This document shows positions 9,396 to 19,604 of a stretch of 64,000 bases of DNA, piece by piece (the first letter of the stretch is position 1; every line of letters starts with the position of its first letter). The position numbers and the translations under genes are program-made. Source of the DNA: an uncultured Pelagibacteraceae bacterium (GTDB lineage: Bacteria > Pseudomonadota > Alphaproteobacteria > Pelagibacterales > Pelagibacteraceae); contig CACJCG010000001.1 of the NCBI GenBank assembly GCA_902591845.1, forward strand, positions 1,080 through 65,079, in the 5' to 3' direction. The notes under the pieces are model-generated. The model searched no databases, was not told the DNA's origin, and saw only the letters and a list, made by a program, of their open reading frames with translations.

Positions 9396-9953
9396 TTAAA
9401 GATAATAATAAGGCTCTTTTGCAAATATTTTTTTAACTAATGGCTTAAAATCATCCAAAGTCATACTTTTGTAATCAGGGTCAAAAGAGCATTGGTCATA
9501 TTTTTCACAAAAATCTATCGTGTCTTGATAATATTTGTGATCTTTAAATTTATCTCTTGCATTTTTATCGCCACCTAAATGATGAGCACTGTAGTAAGTT
9601 TGAAAAAGACCATGATGTAGAACAATCCAATAAGTTCTTTCCGAAACATAAGGTCTAAGTATGGATGCAGCATATTGGGAATGATTCATTGGCGCTAGAT
9701 CGTCTCCAATATCATGTAGTAAAGTTGCAACAACCATTTCATCACTTTCTTTATTTTTAAAAGCTCTAGTTGCAGCTTGTAATGAGTGTTCTAGTCTAGT
9801 GATTTTGTAACCCTCTAAAGTAGCAGTTTGTTTTGATAAATAATTTAAAACTCTCTCAGCTGTTTGTCTTTCAAAGTTTTTCTCAAATTTTTCAAGAAGC
9901 TCATAATCTTCCTTAGTTCCATTTTTCATTTCAGTAAAATTTACTGTTTTCAT
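9396..9953 (-). CDS. HD-domain protein (PhnZ/TmpB-like metal-binding pattern)
   Basis: LEHSLQAATRA, LLHDIGD, NHSQ, LHHGLF, YDQCSFDP. Confidence 0.8.
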   Translation of the reverse strand: MKTVNFTEMKNGTKEDYELLEKFEKNFERQTAERVLNYLSKQTATLEGYKITRLEHSLQAATRAFKNKESDEMVVATLLHDIGDDLAPMNHSQYAASILRPYVSERTYWIVLHHGLFQTYYSAHHLGGDKNARDKFKDHKYYQDTIDFCEKYDQCSFDPDYKSMTLDDFKPLVKKIFAKEPYYYL

Positions 9954-9956
9954 AAT

Positions 9957-11438
9957 TTAATTGTTTGATCCTGTGCTTAGTAAAGATAACTGGGTTATTT
10001 TATTATCTCCTAATTCATCCACTAATTTAACAGGATATTCACCCGTGAAATAATGATCTGTTAATTGTGGATATGTTTCGTTTCTTTTTTCAAAACCAAT
10101 AGCTTTATACAATCCTTCAATTGATAAAAATCTCAAAGTTTTAGCTCCAATATGTTCACAAATTTCATCATTAGTTTTATTTGCTGCTAGCAATTCTTTT
10201 TTTGTAGGTGTATCTACACCATAGAAATCTGGGTATCTTATTTCAGGACACGCAATTTTTACATGAATTTCTTTTGCGCCAGCATCATAAAGCATTTTTA
10301 CTATTTTATATGATGTAGTTCCCCGAACAAGTGAGTCATCAATTAGAATTATTTTTTTATTTTTAATTGTTGTTTGATTAGCATTTAATTTTAATTTGAC
10401 ACCCAAGCTTCTAATTTTCTGGCTTGGCTCGATGAAAGTTCTTCCAACATAATGATTTCTAATTAATCCATGTTCAAAGTTCATTTTTAATTCTTGAGCA
10501 AAACCCATAGCAGCTGCATTTCCAGAATCTGGAACTGGAACCACTATATCTGCATCAGTATCATTTTCTTTTGCAAGTTCTCTACCAATATTTTTTCTAT
10601 GTTCATATGCTGTTTTTCCTCCAATTAAACTGTCTGGTCTTGAAAAATAAATATATTCAAATACACAAGGTCTAACTTTTTTAGTAGGAAAAGGTTTAAT
10701 ACTTTTTAGTTCATTATTTTCAATTAAAACTATTTCACCGTTTTCAACTTCTCTTAAAAATTTTGCACCAATTATATCAAATGCACAAGTTTCAGATGCT
10801 AAGACAAAACTATTACCAAGCTTACCGATTACTAGAGGTCTTATTCCATAAGGATCTCTAACCCCAATTAATGAGTTTTGTGTTAACATCACTAATGAAT
10901 AGCCACCTTGGATTTGAAAAATTGCATCAATTACTTTGTCAATTGTTTTTGATCTTTTTGATTTAGCAATTAATTGAACAATCGTTTCAGTATCTGAAGT
11001 AGTGTAAAATATAGCTCCATCTTCAACTAGTTTATTTCTTAAAGCTATTGAATTAGTAAGATTTCCATTGTGTGCAACTCCAATTCCACCTGCATTGGTG
11101 TCAGCAAAAAAGGGCTGAATATTTCTTAATATATTGTTACCTGTTGTGCTGTATCTGTTATGGCCAATTGCATAATTTCCCTTAAGATTGTTAAGTACTT
11201 TCTCTTTGTTGAAATTATCTCCTACTAAGCCAAATCTTTTTTCAGAATAATATTTTTCCCCGTCAAAAGTAACTATTCCACAACCTTCTTGACCCCTGTG
11301 TTGCAAAGCATGTAGTCCAAGTGCTGTTAGAGCTGAAGCATCCTTTGCATTACTAATACCAAAAACTCCACATTCTTCCTTTAGTCTTGGATTATAGCTC
11401 TGTAATTTTTTCTTTAGAATCTTGATATGTTTTTTCAT
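9957..11438 (-). CDS. purF: Amidophosphoribosyltransferase
   Basis: EECGVFG, LQHRGQE, GHNRYSTTG, PVPDSG, IDDSLVRGTT. Confidence 0.97.
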   Translation of the reverse strand: MKKHIKILKKKLQSYNPRLKEECGVFGISNAKDASALTALGLHALQHRGQEGCGIVTFDGEKYYSEKRFGLVGDNFNKEKVLNNLKGNYAIGHNRYSTTGNNILRNIQPFFADTNAGGIGVAHNGNLTNSIALRNKLVEDGAIFYTTSDTETIVQLIAKSKRSKTIDKVIDAIFQIQGGYSLVMLTQNSLIGVRDPYGIRPLVIGKLGNSFVLASETCAFDIIGAKFLREVENGEIVLIENNELKSIKPFPTKKVRPCVFEYIYFSRPDSLIGGKTAYEHRKNIGRELAKENDTDADIVVPVPDSGNAAAMGFAQELKMNFEHGLIRNHYVGRTFIEPSQKIRSLGVKLKLNANQTTIKNKKIILIDDSLVRGTTSYKIVKMLYDAGAKEIHVKIACPEIRYPDFYGVDTPTKKELLAANKTNDEICEHIGAKTLRFLSIEGLYKAIGFEKRNETYPQLTDHYFTGEYPVKLVDELGDNKITQLSLLSTGSNN

Positions 11439-11937
11439 TAGGAAATTCTTTTATCAGATAACTACTACCTTTTTCTAAATATGGAAAGACGTATGATTTG
11501 TCAAAATTTATTGGCCATTTATCATAATTATAAACGATATGTACACCTGAAAAGATACATACAGAAATAATGTAAGCTCTTATAAAACCAAAAAAGAATC
11601 CAAATGTTGTATCTAAGCCGCCGATTCCCGTATATCTGACTGCTTTACTAATTCCCTTATTAACTAATAAAACTAAAAATATAACAACAACAAAAATTAC
11701 TATTCCCAAACCAACATCGAGCACATACTCATTATCAATTATGTCTTTTACATAGGGTTTAATTTTTGGAAATAAAATTAATGTAATTATGTATGCTAGC
11801 AACCATTTAGCCATTGAAAGGATACTTAAAATGAAGCCTTTTTTGTAACAATTTATCAAAGAAAGGATTGTTAAAATTAAATATATTAAATCAATAATTG
11901 ATATTGCTTTATAAAAATCTTTTATGATTTCTAACAT
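11392..11937 (-). CDS. cvpA: CvpA family membrane protein
   Basis: 4 TM segments, KGFILSILS, LDTTFGFFFGFIRA; canonical position upstream of purF. Confidence 0.88.
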   Translation of the reverse strand: MLEIIKDFYKAISIIDLIYLILTILSLINCYKKGFILSILSMAKWLLAYIITLILFPKIKPYVKDIIDNEYVLDVGLGIVIFVVVIFLVLLVNKGISKAVRYTGIGGLDTTFGFFFGFIRAYIISVCIFSGVHIVYNYDKWPINFDKSYVFPYLEKGSSYLIKEFPNEKTYQDSKEKITEL

Positions 11938-14333
11938 TAAGATGATTTGCCAAAAGGTTTAATAATTAAGATTAATGCAGGAAGCAAAGTCAATACCGAT
12001 ATCATAGCTAATAGCATTGCCAGGCCAGTAAACACACCAAAATAAATTGTTGGGATAAACTTTGATAACACCAAAATTGAAAATCCAAAAACAATCGTGA
12101 TTGAAGTGTTTAGTATAGCGACGCCAACAGTTGAATGACAAGTTTTTAATGTTTTATTGTAATCCTTTATTTTATTAAACTCTTCTTTAAATCTGTAAAT
12201 ATAGTGAATGCTGTTATCTACAGCAATTCCTATTGTAATTGCTGCAATAGTTATAGTCATCATATCCAAAGGTATTCCTAACAATCCAATTATTCCTAGT
12301 ATAAAAAAAGCAGCAATAAAATTTGGAACAACGCCAATCAATGAAAGTCTAATATTTCTAAATAAGATTATGAACATTGAAAATATTCCAATCATAACTA
12401 ATCCCAATGTTAAAATTTGAGATTTAAACAAGCTTTGTAATAAATTGTTAAATAATATTAATACACCTGCTAATTTGTAATCTTTTTCTTCTAACCCGAA
12501 TTGATCTTTTAAATCAAAATTAATTTTTTTAATTAAATCATTTCTTCTTAAATCATCCTGCGAATCTATAATTCTTAAACTAATTCTAGCCTCATTATCT
12601 TCAATTGAAAGATAGGGATCAATGATTTCAGTTTTAATGCTCTCAGGAATTTTAGAGTAAAGTACTCCCATTTCTAAAGTGCCTAAAGGCTTATTATTAT
12701 TTAATTGAGTAGCTACTTCTATAATTGATGAAAAAGATAGAACTTTACCAATTTCTGGTAAGCTATCTAAGTAATTATGAATAGATGTAATTAGATCAAT
12801 TTTATCTTTGGTAAACCAATATTTTTCATCATTAGTATCTTCTTCATCACCCCAATCGTCAAATTCGTCATCTTCTTCAGATTTTTTTACCTTCTCTTTC
12901 TCAGGAAATTTTATAATAACTTCCAAAGGAGTGGTTCCACCTAGCTCCTCATCTATAAGCTTCATACCCTTGTAAATTTCAGTATTCTTATCAAAGTAAT
13001 TTATAAAACTATTTTCAACCTCAAGCTTACTTATTCCAATAACACTGAATATTATAACTATTCCAGTTACTAAGAAGATAGAGTTTTTATTATTTATAGA
13101 AATTAAACTAAGTAAATTTGTAATTTTAGATTTCTGTTCTTTTTTAACTGAAATATTATTTGTGGGTGCAAAGTTTAAAAGGGTAGGTAGCAAAGTAAAT
13201 GTAATGATAAATGATGTAATCAAACCAAAAGTCATCATCCAGCCAAAATCAATAATAGGTTTTATTTCACTAAAAATTAAAGATAAGAAAGCGAAAATTG
13301 TCGTAAGAACAGTATAAAGAATTGGCCAAAACATTTTTGAAGTTGTTAAGGAAATAATTTCAAAATTATTTTTTGATGGAAAATCTTTTTTAAGTTGAAG
13401 AAATCTTGTGCTCATATGAATATTCATTGCCATTGTTAGAATTAACATCAGTGCAATAAAATTTGATGAAATAACCGTAACTTTCCATCCTAGCAATCCA
13501 AGTAATCCCATCATTATTATTACAGAAAAAAGACAACTACTTATAGGAACTACAATCCAAAGAAAATTTCTAAAAACAAACCATAAAGTGGCAATTATAA
13601 ATAACAGAACACCCAAACCAAAAACAATTATATCGCTTTTGATAAAAGTCATCATATCATCAGCAATCATTGGTATTCCTCCAAGATAAATCTTTCCAAC
13701 ATCACCATAACTTTGAATAACTTGTCTAATTTCTAAAATATTCTGATGGTTTTGTTTTTTGATTTGATCTTTAATTAGTTCAATTTCTTCTTTTGATTTG
13801 TTTTCTATATCTTTTAATTTTTGAGACTGTTTAATGTTAACAATAATCCCACTAGTTTTACCGTCTTCACTTATTACAAAGTTTCTAAAAACAGGACTAT
13901 TTAAAATTTCTTTAAAACCTCGATTTCTATCAACATCTTCATCTTTTAAAGTTTTAAAGCTTTCTAGTCTTTCTTGAAGGGGTGCATCAGAATTATTTAA
14001 AAGTGGAATGTCTAATAATGTAATTACACTATGGACCCAATTGAGACTTTGGATTTTATATTTTAAACTTAATAAATTATTAATTGAAGAGTCAGTTACC
14101 ATCCCCTCATTAGGTGTATAGGTAAGAATTAAAAATTCTTTAGATCCATATCTATCAGATACTTCTTTTAAATATTCTAAATCTGGGTCTCCTTCTATCA
14201 AGAGAGTTTCTGAGGAAGCATCTAGTCTAAAATTTTTTGAATTATACCCAAAACTTAAAATAGCAATAATTAACAATACAAATATTGCTTTAGGATTTTT
14301 AAGGATAACGTTTTGATAAAAATGAGCTATCAT
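11937..14333 (-). CDS. MMPL/RND-superfamily exporter
   Basis: Two-repeat 12-TM topology with two periplasmic loops; LGGIPMIADD, GIAVDNSIHYIYRF, SKFIPTIYFG. Confidence 0.88.
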   Translation of the reverse strand: MIAHFYQNVILKNPKAIFVLLIIAILSFGYNSKNFRLDASSETLLIEGDPDLEYLKEVSDRYGSKEFLILTYTPNEGMVTDSSINNLLSLKYKIQSLNWVHSVITLLDIPLLNNSDAPLQERLESFKTLKDEDVDRNRGFKEILNSPVFRNFVISEDGKTSGIIVNIKQSQKLKDIENKSKEEIELIKDQIKKQNHQNILEIRQVIQSYGDVGKIYLGGIPMIADDMMTFIKSDIIVFGLGVLLFIIATLWFVFRNFLWIVVPISSCLFSVIIMMGLLGLLGWKVTVISSNFIALMLILTMAMNIHMSTRFLQLKKDFPSKNNFEIISLTTSKMFWPILYTVLTTIFAFLSLIFSEIKPIIDFGWMMTFGLITSFIITFTLLPTLLNFAPTNNISVKKEQKSKITNLLSLISINNKNSIFLVTGIVIIFSVIGISKLEVENSFINYFDKNTEIYKGMKLIDEELGGTTPLEVIIKFPEKEKVKKSEEDDEFDDWGDEEDTNDEKYWFTKDKIDLITSIHNYLDSLPEIGKVLSFSSIIEVATQLNNNKPLGTLEMGVLYSKIPESIKTEIIDPYLSIEDNEARISLRIIDSQDDLRRNDLIKKINFDLKDQFGLEEKDYKLAGVLILFNNLLQSLFKSQILTLGLVMIGIFSMFIILFRNIRLSLIGVVPNFIAAFFILGIIGLLGIPLDMMTITIAAITIGIAVDNSIHYIYRFKEEFNKIKDYNKTLKTCHSTVGVAILNTSITIVFGFSILVLSKFIPTIYFGVFTGLAMLLAMISVLTLLPALILIIKPFGKSS

Positions 14334-14354
14334 TCAAGCTCTTTATATTGGAAA

Positions 14355-15773
14355 TTAACTTAATTGAGTATCCTTAAATTTTGTAAATCTTTCTTCAAAT
14401 TCAAGAGTTACTTTACCAATAGGACCATGTCTTTGTTTTCCAATTATAATTTCGGCTAAGTGCGCAACTTCATTCATTTTTGCTTGCCACTCTGCGTGTT
14501 CAACTGTCGCTTCTCTTGGCTCTTTTCTCTGCAAATAGTATCCTTCTCTGTAAACAAACATTACAACATCCGCATCTTGCTCAATGGAACCTGACTCTCT
14601 TAGGTCTGCTAATTGAGGCTTATGGTCATCTCTTTGTTCGACTTGTCTAGACAATTGTGAAAGAGCTACCACAGGAACAGAAAGTTCTTTTGCTATAGCT
14701 TTAAGCCCTTGAGTAATCTGAGAGATTTCTTGCACTCTTCCATCTTTATTAAAAGTAGTTCCTCTCATTAATTGAATGTAATCAACTACAATCATATCTA
14801 GACCACTTCGTCTTTTAATTCTTCTGGCTCTATTGCTCATAGCAGCAATACTTATTGCGGGTGTTTCATCTATAAATAAAGGTAGGTCTGCAATATCCTT
14901 AGAGGTTTCTAAGAATTTATCAAATTGTTCATCAGTAATTCTTCCTTGTCTTATATCGTTTGAACTAATTCTTGCTTGTTCAGAAATAATTCTTGTAGAC
15001 AATTGTTCAGAGGACATTTCTAGCGAAAAAAAAGCAATTGAAGATTCTTTGCCACTATCTTGTAAATTTTTTGCTGCATTAAACGCTATATTAGTTGCTA
15101 AAGAAGTTTTACCCATAGATGGACGTCCAGCAATAATAATCAAATCTGATTGATGTAAACCACCAAGTTTATAATCTAAATCTCGAAGTCCAGTAGGAAC
15201 ACCTACTATGCCTCCTTCATTTTTGTAAGCTGCTGAAGCCATATCAATAGTCTGTTTCATTGCTTCATCAAATTTGATTATGTTAGAATTAAACGAACCT
15301 TTTTCTGCTAAATCAAATAATGATTTTTCAGTTTTCTCAATAATATTTTGTCCATTTGTTTCAAGGTCGTTTACTTTAACGTCATCAACAGTTTGTTCAG
15401 AAATTTTAATTAATTCTCTTCGAACAAACATATCGTAAATAATTTTGGAATATTCTATTGTTTGCCTAACTGATGTAGAAAATTTAGTTATCTTTACTAG
15501 GTATTCTGGAACATTTAAATCATCTTTTTCATCTTCAAAATAATTTTTTAGAGTAATTGGATTTGCTAAAAGTCCTTTGTAAATTAAACTTGAAATCGAC
15601 TCAAAAATTTTTTGATGCATAGGATCATAAAAATTTGAAGCCTCAATGATAGTACTTATTTCATCAAACATCTCGTTACTTACAAGAATAGATCCTATTA
15701 CAGCTTGTTCTGCTTCTATGTTGTTTGGTAATTCTTTAAACTGATCTTTGACTATGCTTAAATTGTTTTCCAT
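14355..15773 (-). CDS. dnaB: Replicative DNA helicase
   Basis: PNNIEAEQAVIG, GRPSMGKT, VDYIQLM, LSQLSRQVEQR, DLRESGSIEQDAD; no intein seen. Confidence 0.98.
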   Translation of the reverse strand: MENNLSIVKDQFKELPNNIEAEQAVIGSILVSNEMFDEISTIIEASNFYDPMHQKIFESISSLIYKGLLANPITLKNYFEDEKDDLNVPEYLVKITKFSTSVRQTIEYSKIIYDMFVRRELIKISEQTVDDVKVNDLETNGQNIIEKTEKSLFDLAEKGSFNSNIIKFDEAMKQTIDMASAAYKNEGGIVGVPTGLRDLDYKLGGLHQSDLIIIAGRPSMGKTSLATNIAFNAAKNLQDSGKESSIAFFSLEMSSEQLSTRIISEQARISSNDIRQGRITDEQFDKFLETSKDIADLPLFIDETPAISIAAMSNRARRIKRRSGLDMIVVDYIQLMRGTTFNKDGRVQEISQITQGLKAIAKELSVPVVALSQLSRQVEQRDDHKPQLADLRESGSIEQDADVVMFVYREGYYLQRKEPREATVEHAEWQAKMNEVAHLAEIIIGKQRHGPIGKVTLEFEERFTKFKDTQLS

Positions 15774-15841
15774 TAAACAAAACTTACATGAAAAAAAACT
15801 AAATCAAATTATAAATTGTTGCTGGGGAAAAGAATGTATAA

Positions 15842-16300
15842 TTACTGAATTGATTCTGCTGAAGAAACATTGATTGTAATTTCAGCATCAACTTCAGAGT
15901 GTAAAGATATTTTAACTTTAAATTTTCCTAAAGCTTTTATTTCTTCAATTGGTTGAATCATAGATGGCTTGATATCAACTTTGTTTTCATCTTGAATAAG
16001 TTTTGAAATTTCTGTTGGTTTAACTGAACCATATAATTCGTTATTTTCTGTGCTAAGTTTTTTAACAGAATATTCTTTTCCATTAATTTGCTCTGCAATT
16101 TGAGAAGCTTTTTTTTTCTTTTCGTTATCTTTTTTTGATAACTCAGTTTTAATCTTTTCAACTTCTTTTATGTTTTCTTTTGAAGCATAGAGAGCTTTTT
16201 TATTAGCAATTAGAAAGTTTCTAGCAAAACCTCTTTTTACGTCTATCACTTCACCAATAGAACCAATTCTTTTAATATTTTCTAATAAAATTACTTTCAT
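15842..16300 (-). CDS. rplI: 50S ribosomal protein L9
   Basis: MKVILLE, VKRGFARNFLI, LYGSV. Confidence 0.97.
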   Translation of the reverse strand: MKVILLENIKRIGSIGEVIDVKRGFARNFLIANKKALYASKENIKEVEKIKTELSKKDNEKKKKASQIAEQINGKEYSVKKLSTENNELYGSVKPTEISKLIQDENKVDIKPSMIQPIEEIKALGKFKVKISLHSEVDAEITINVSSAESIQ

Positions 16301-16573
16301 TTATATTAATGCTAAATTTCTAGCTCTTTTTATTGAGAGAGATAGTTCTCTTTGTTTTTTTTGAGACACATTTGTAATTCTAGAAGGTAAAATTTTACCA
16401 TTTTCAGACACATATTTTCTCAAAAGTTTTATATTTTTATAATCTACTTCTGGAGCACCTTTTATCGATAAAGGACAAGTTTTTTTAAATTTATACTTAT
16501 TTGGTTGAAAAATACTTAATTTTGCAAAGTTACTTTGTTTTCCTTTTTTATTTCCACTTTGTCTTTTTGGCAT
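16301..16573 (-). CDS. rpsR: 30S ribosomal protein S18
   Basis: [41 protein letters not shown]. Confidence 0.97.
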   Translation of the reverse strand: MPKRQSGNKKGKQSNFAKLSIFQPNKYKFKKTCPLSIKGAPEVDYKNIKLLRKYVSENGKILPSRITNVSQKKQRELSLSIKRARNLALI

Positions 16574-16926
16574 TAATTCTTAACGCTTTCTTTTTTATCA
16601 CTATCTTCTTTTTTTCCAAAATAGTTTGTTTCTAAATCAAATTTTTTTACTCTTACTGTTAGATATCTTAGCAACTTCTTATCAATTGCTTCAATTTTTT
16701 CTAATTCATCAATAACATTACCTTTACCTTTTATTTTAAAGTGTATGTAACTACCTTTTTTATTCTTTTTAATTAGATAAGATAAGTTTAGAAGTCCCCA
16801 GTTTTCAGTTTTAACAACTTCACCATCATTTTTTTCTACAATTTTAGAATATTTATCTGTTAATTGCTTTAATTCACTTGGTGAAGTATCTTGCCTAGCT
16901 ATAATTGTATGCTCGTATAAATTCAT
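16573..16926 (-). CDS. rpsF: 30S ribosomal protein S6
   Basis: [31 protein letters not shown]; rpsF-rpsR-rplI order. Confidence 0.96.
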   Translation of the reverse strand: MNLYEHTIIARQDTSPSELKQLTDKYSKIVEKNDGEVVKTENWGLLNLSYLIKKNKKGSYIHFKIKGKGNVIDELEKIEAIDKKLLRYLTVRVKKFDLETNYFGKKEDSDKKESVKN

Positions 16927-17013
16927 TTAAGTTCTTTAATAAAAAGTGAGGATATACTATTATAAAAGTTCAATTACAATAGTTAAAAAGGCAAAAATAT
17001 TAGTTTTTTTTAT

Positions 17014-17940
17014 ATGTTTTCAGTAATTTTTCCGGGCCAGGGATCTCAAATTGTAGGAATGGGGAAAGAACTTTATGACAAATATGATATAGTTAAAAAC
17101 CTTTTTAAACAGGCAGACGAAACTCTAAATTTTTCAATTTCTAAGCTTATTCTCGATGGGCCAAAAGAAGAATTAGATTTAACAGTCAATACGCAGCCAG
17201 CAATATTTTTAATTAGTTATTCAATATTTAATGTAGTGAAGAAAGAATTTAACTTGGATTTAAATCAAGCAAAATATTTTGCCGGACACTCTCTAGGTGA
17301 ATATTCAGCTTTGTCATGTGCAGAATATTTAGATTTTTCAGAAACCTTAAAAATATTAAAAATTAGAGGAGATGCTATGCAAAACTCAGTGCCCAAAGGA
17401 CAGGGAGGAATGGTTGCGGTGTTAGGCTCAACAGTTGAAATAATTGAAAAAATTTTAATAGAAAATAAAGAAATATTTAAAGTTCAAATTGCAAATGATA
17501 ATTCTGAAGGTCAAATCGTTTTAAGTGGAAAAATAGAGGATTTAAAAAAGCTAACGCAAATTTTAAAGGATAATTCAGTAAAAAACATCAAACTTCCTGT
17601 TAGTGCGCCTTTTCACTGTGATTTGATGAATAATGCTACAAAAATAATGGAAGAAGAGCTAAATAAGCTTAATTTTAAAGATGGAAAAAATAAATTAATT
17701 TCGAATGTGACTGCAAACGAAATTAAAGATTCAGATGAGCTTAAAAGTCTCTTAATAAAGCAAATAGAAAATAGAGTTCGATGGAGAGAAAGTGTGATTA
17801 ATATGATAAAAAGTGATGTAAATCACTTTATAGAAATTGGACCTGGGAAAGTTTTATCAGGTTTGGTAAAAAGAATAAGTAAAGATGTTAAAATTGATAC
17901 AATTAATAGTCAAAGTGATATTGAGAGTTTAAAAATATGA
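17014..17940 (+). CDS. fabD: Malonyl-CoA:ACP transacylase
   Basis: FPGQGSQ, AGHSLGEY, VSAPFHC, EIGPGKVLSGL. Confidence 0.97.
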   Translation: MFSVIFPGQGSQIVGMGKELYDKYDIVKNLFKQADETLNFSISKLILDGPKEELDLTVNTQPAIFLISYSIFNVVKKEFNLDLNQAKYFAGHSLGEYSALSCAEYLDFSETLKILKIRGDAMQNSVPKGQGGMVAVLGSTVEIIEKILIENKEIFKVQIANDNSEGQIVLSGKIEDLKKLTQILKDNSVKNIKLPVSAPFHCDLMNNATKIMEEELNKLNFKDGKNKLISNVTANEIKDSDELKSLLIKQIENRVRWRESVINMIKSDVNHFIEIGPGKVLSGLVKRISKDVKIDTINSQSDIESLKI

Positions 17941-18674
17941 TAGATTTAAATGGTAAAAATATTATTGTTACGGGCGCCTCAGGTGGAATTGGAAACTCAA
18001 TAATTAAAAAATTAAATCAAGCTGGAGCAAACTTATTAGCTTCAGGCACAAGAATAGAAAAACTTGATGGGCTTAAAAATAAGTATAAAAATATCAAAAT
18101 ATTAAAGTTTGATATTTCTCAAAATAATAAAATTGAGGAATTTGTAGAAAATGCAACAAAAGAACTGGGTGGAAAATTAGATTGTATAGTTAATAATGCT
18201 GGTATCACTCAAGATAACCTGGCAATAAGAATGAGTCTTGAGGAATGGAAAAAAGTAATTGATGTTAATTTAACTTCAACTTTTTTGCTAAGTAAATCAG
18301 CAATTAAAAAAATGCTTAAAAATAAATCTGGTAAGATCGTTAATATCACATCTGTTGTAGGTCATACAGGAAATTTGGGTCAAGCTAATTACACCGCATC
18401 CAAGGCAGGTATAATTGCAATGTCAAAGAGTTTGGCAATAGAATATGCTAAGAAAAATATTAATATAAATTGTATTTCCCCAGGATTTATTAAAACAGCA
18501 ATGACAGATAAATTAGATGATAAATTTAAAGAGGCCATAATATCAAAAATTCCTTCAGCACGACTTGGAGAACCAGATGATATTGCAAATGCAGTGTTTT
18601 TTTTATGCTCAGACCAGTCAAGTTATATTAATGGTGAAACCTTGCATGTTAATGGGGGCATGTATATGGCTTGA
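17937..18674 (+). CDS. fabG: 3-oxoacyl-ACP reductase
   Basis: TGASGGIG, NNAGITQD, YTASKAG, LHVNGGMYM. Confidence 0.97.
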   Translation: MIDLNGKNIIVTGASGGIGNSIIKKLNQAGANLLASGTRIEKLDGLKNKYKNIKILKFDISQNNKIEEFVENATKELGGKLDCIVNNAGITQDNLAIRMSLEEWKKVIDVNLTSTFLLSKSAIKKMLKNKSGKIVNITSVVGHTGNLGQANYTASKAGIIAMSKSLAIEYAKKNININCISPGFIKTAMTDKLDDKFKEAIISKIPSARLGEPDDIANAVFFLCSDQSSYINGETLHVNGGMYMA

Positions 18675-18719
18675 CAAAATAGGTTTTTAAACTATTAAGA
18701 ATTTATAACAAAAAAGGAT
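18671..18719 (+). promoter_or_regulatory. Putative internal sigma70 promoter and RBS for acpP
   Basis: Consensus TTGACA at 18671-18676 overlaps the fabG stop; TATTAA at 18693-18698; AAAGGA Shine-Dalgarno before ATG 18724. Confidence 0.5.
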
Positions 18720-18723
18720 CAAT

Positions 18724-18963
18724 ATGTCAGAAGACGTTTCAAGCAAAGTTAAAAAAATTGTAGCAGATCACTTGGGTATCGATGAAGCAAAAGTTACTGA
18801 GGAGTCAAGTTTTATAGATGATTTAGGAGCTGATAGTTTAGATACCGTTGAATTGGTGATGGCTTTCGAAGAAGAATTTGGATCTGAAATTTCAGACAGT
18901 GAAGCTGAGAAAATTTTAACTGTGGGTGATGCAGTTAAATTTATCGAAGGAAAAGCAAACTAG
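18724..18963 (+). CDS. acpP: Acyl carrier protein
   Basis: [20 protein letters not shown]. Confidence 0.98.
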   Translation: MSEDVSSKVKKIVADHLGIDEAKVTEESSFIDDLGADSLDTVELVMAFEEEFGSEISDSEAEKILTVGDAVKFIEGKAN

Positions 18964-18971
18964 AAATTTTA

Positions 18972-19604
18972 ATGCCATCAGAAAAAGATGGGGTAATGAT
19001 AATTTTATCCTCCCCCTCAGGAGCTGGTAAAACTACTTTAGTAAAAAAGTTATCTGAAAAAGATAATTTTGAAATCTCAATATCACATACAACCAGACAA
19101 CCCAGACCTAATGAAAATCGAAATGAGGATTATTTTTTCGTTGATGAAACAAAATTTAAGAGATTAATTAAAAATCAAGAGTTTCTAGAATACGCAAAAG
19201 TTTTCAATAACTTTTATGGCACAACAAGAACGCCAGTAATAGATAAATTAAACAAAGGTAAAAATGTACTATTCGATATTGATTGGCAGGGTGCTGATCA
19301 GATAAAGAATAAAAAATTAGATTATAAATTAATTACTTTTTTTATACTACCTCCAAGCAAGAAAGTTTTGTTTGAAAGATTATCTAAACGACATTCAAGT
19401 GATAAATTAATAGCTGAAGAAAGAATGAAGCAATTTGAAAGAGATGTGTTGCATTGGATAAATTATGATTATGTTGTTATAAACAATGATTTAAATGAAT
19501 GTTATAATAAAATAACCAATTTAATTGATGCAGTTTTAAATAATGGCTCTAGAGATTACGATCTTGACTATATTAGAAGTCATGTTGAAAAATTAACTTA
19601 TTAA
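18972..19604 (+). CDS. gmk: Guanylate kinase
   Basis: [26 protein letters not shown]. Confidence 0.96.
   Translation: MPSEKDGVMIILSSPSGAGKTTLVKKLSEKDNFEISISHTTRQPRPNENRNEDYFFVDETKFKRLIKNQEFLEYAKVFNNFYGTTRTPVIDKLNKGKNVLFDIDWQGADQIKNKKLDYKLITFFILPPSKKVLFERLSKRHSSDKLIAEERMKQFERDVLHWINYDYVVINNDLNECYNKITNLIDAVLNNGSRDYDLDYIRSHVEKLTY

Noticed and set aside
15823-15831. DnaA-box-like TTTTCCCCA (minus strand) upstream of dnaB
   Set aside because: A single copy with a mismatch is expected by chance; there is no box cluster, so it is not an origin.
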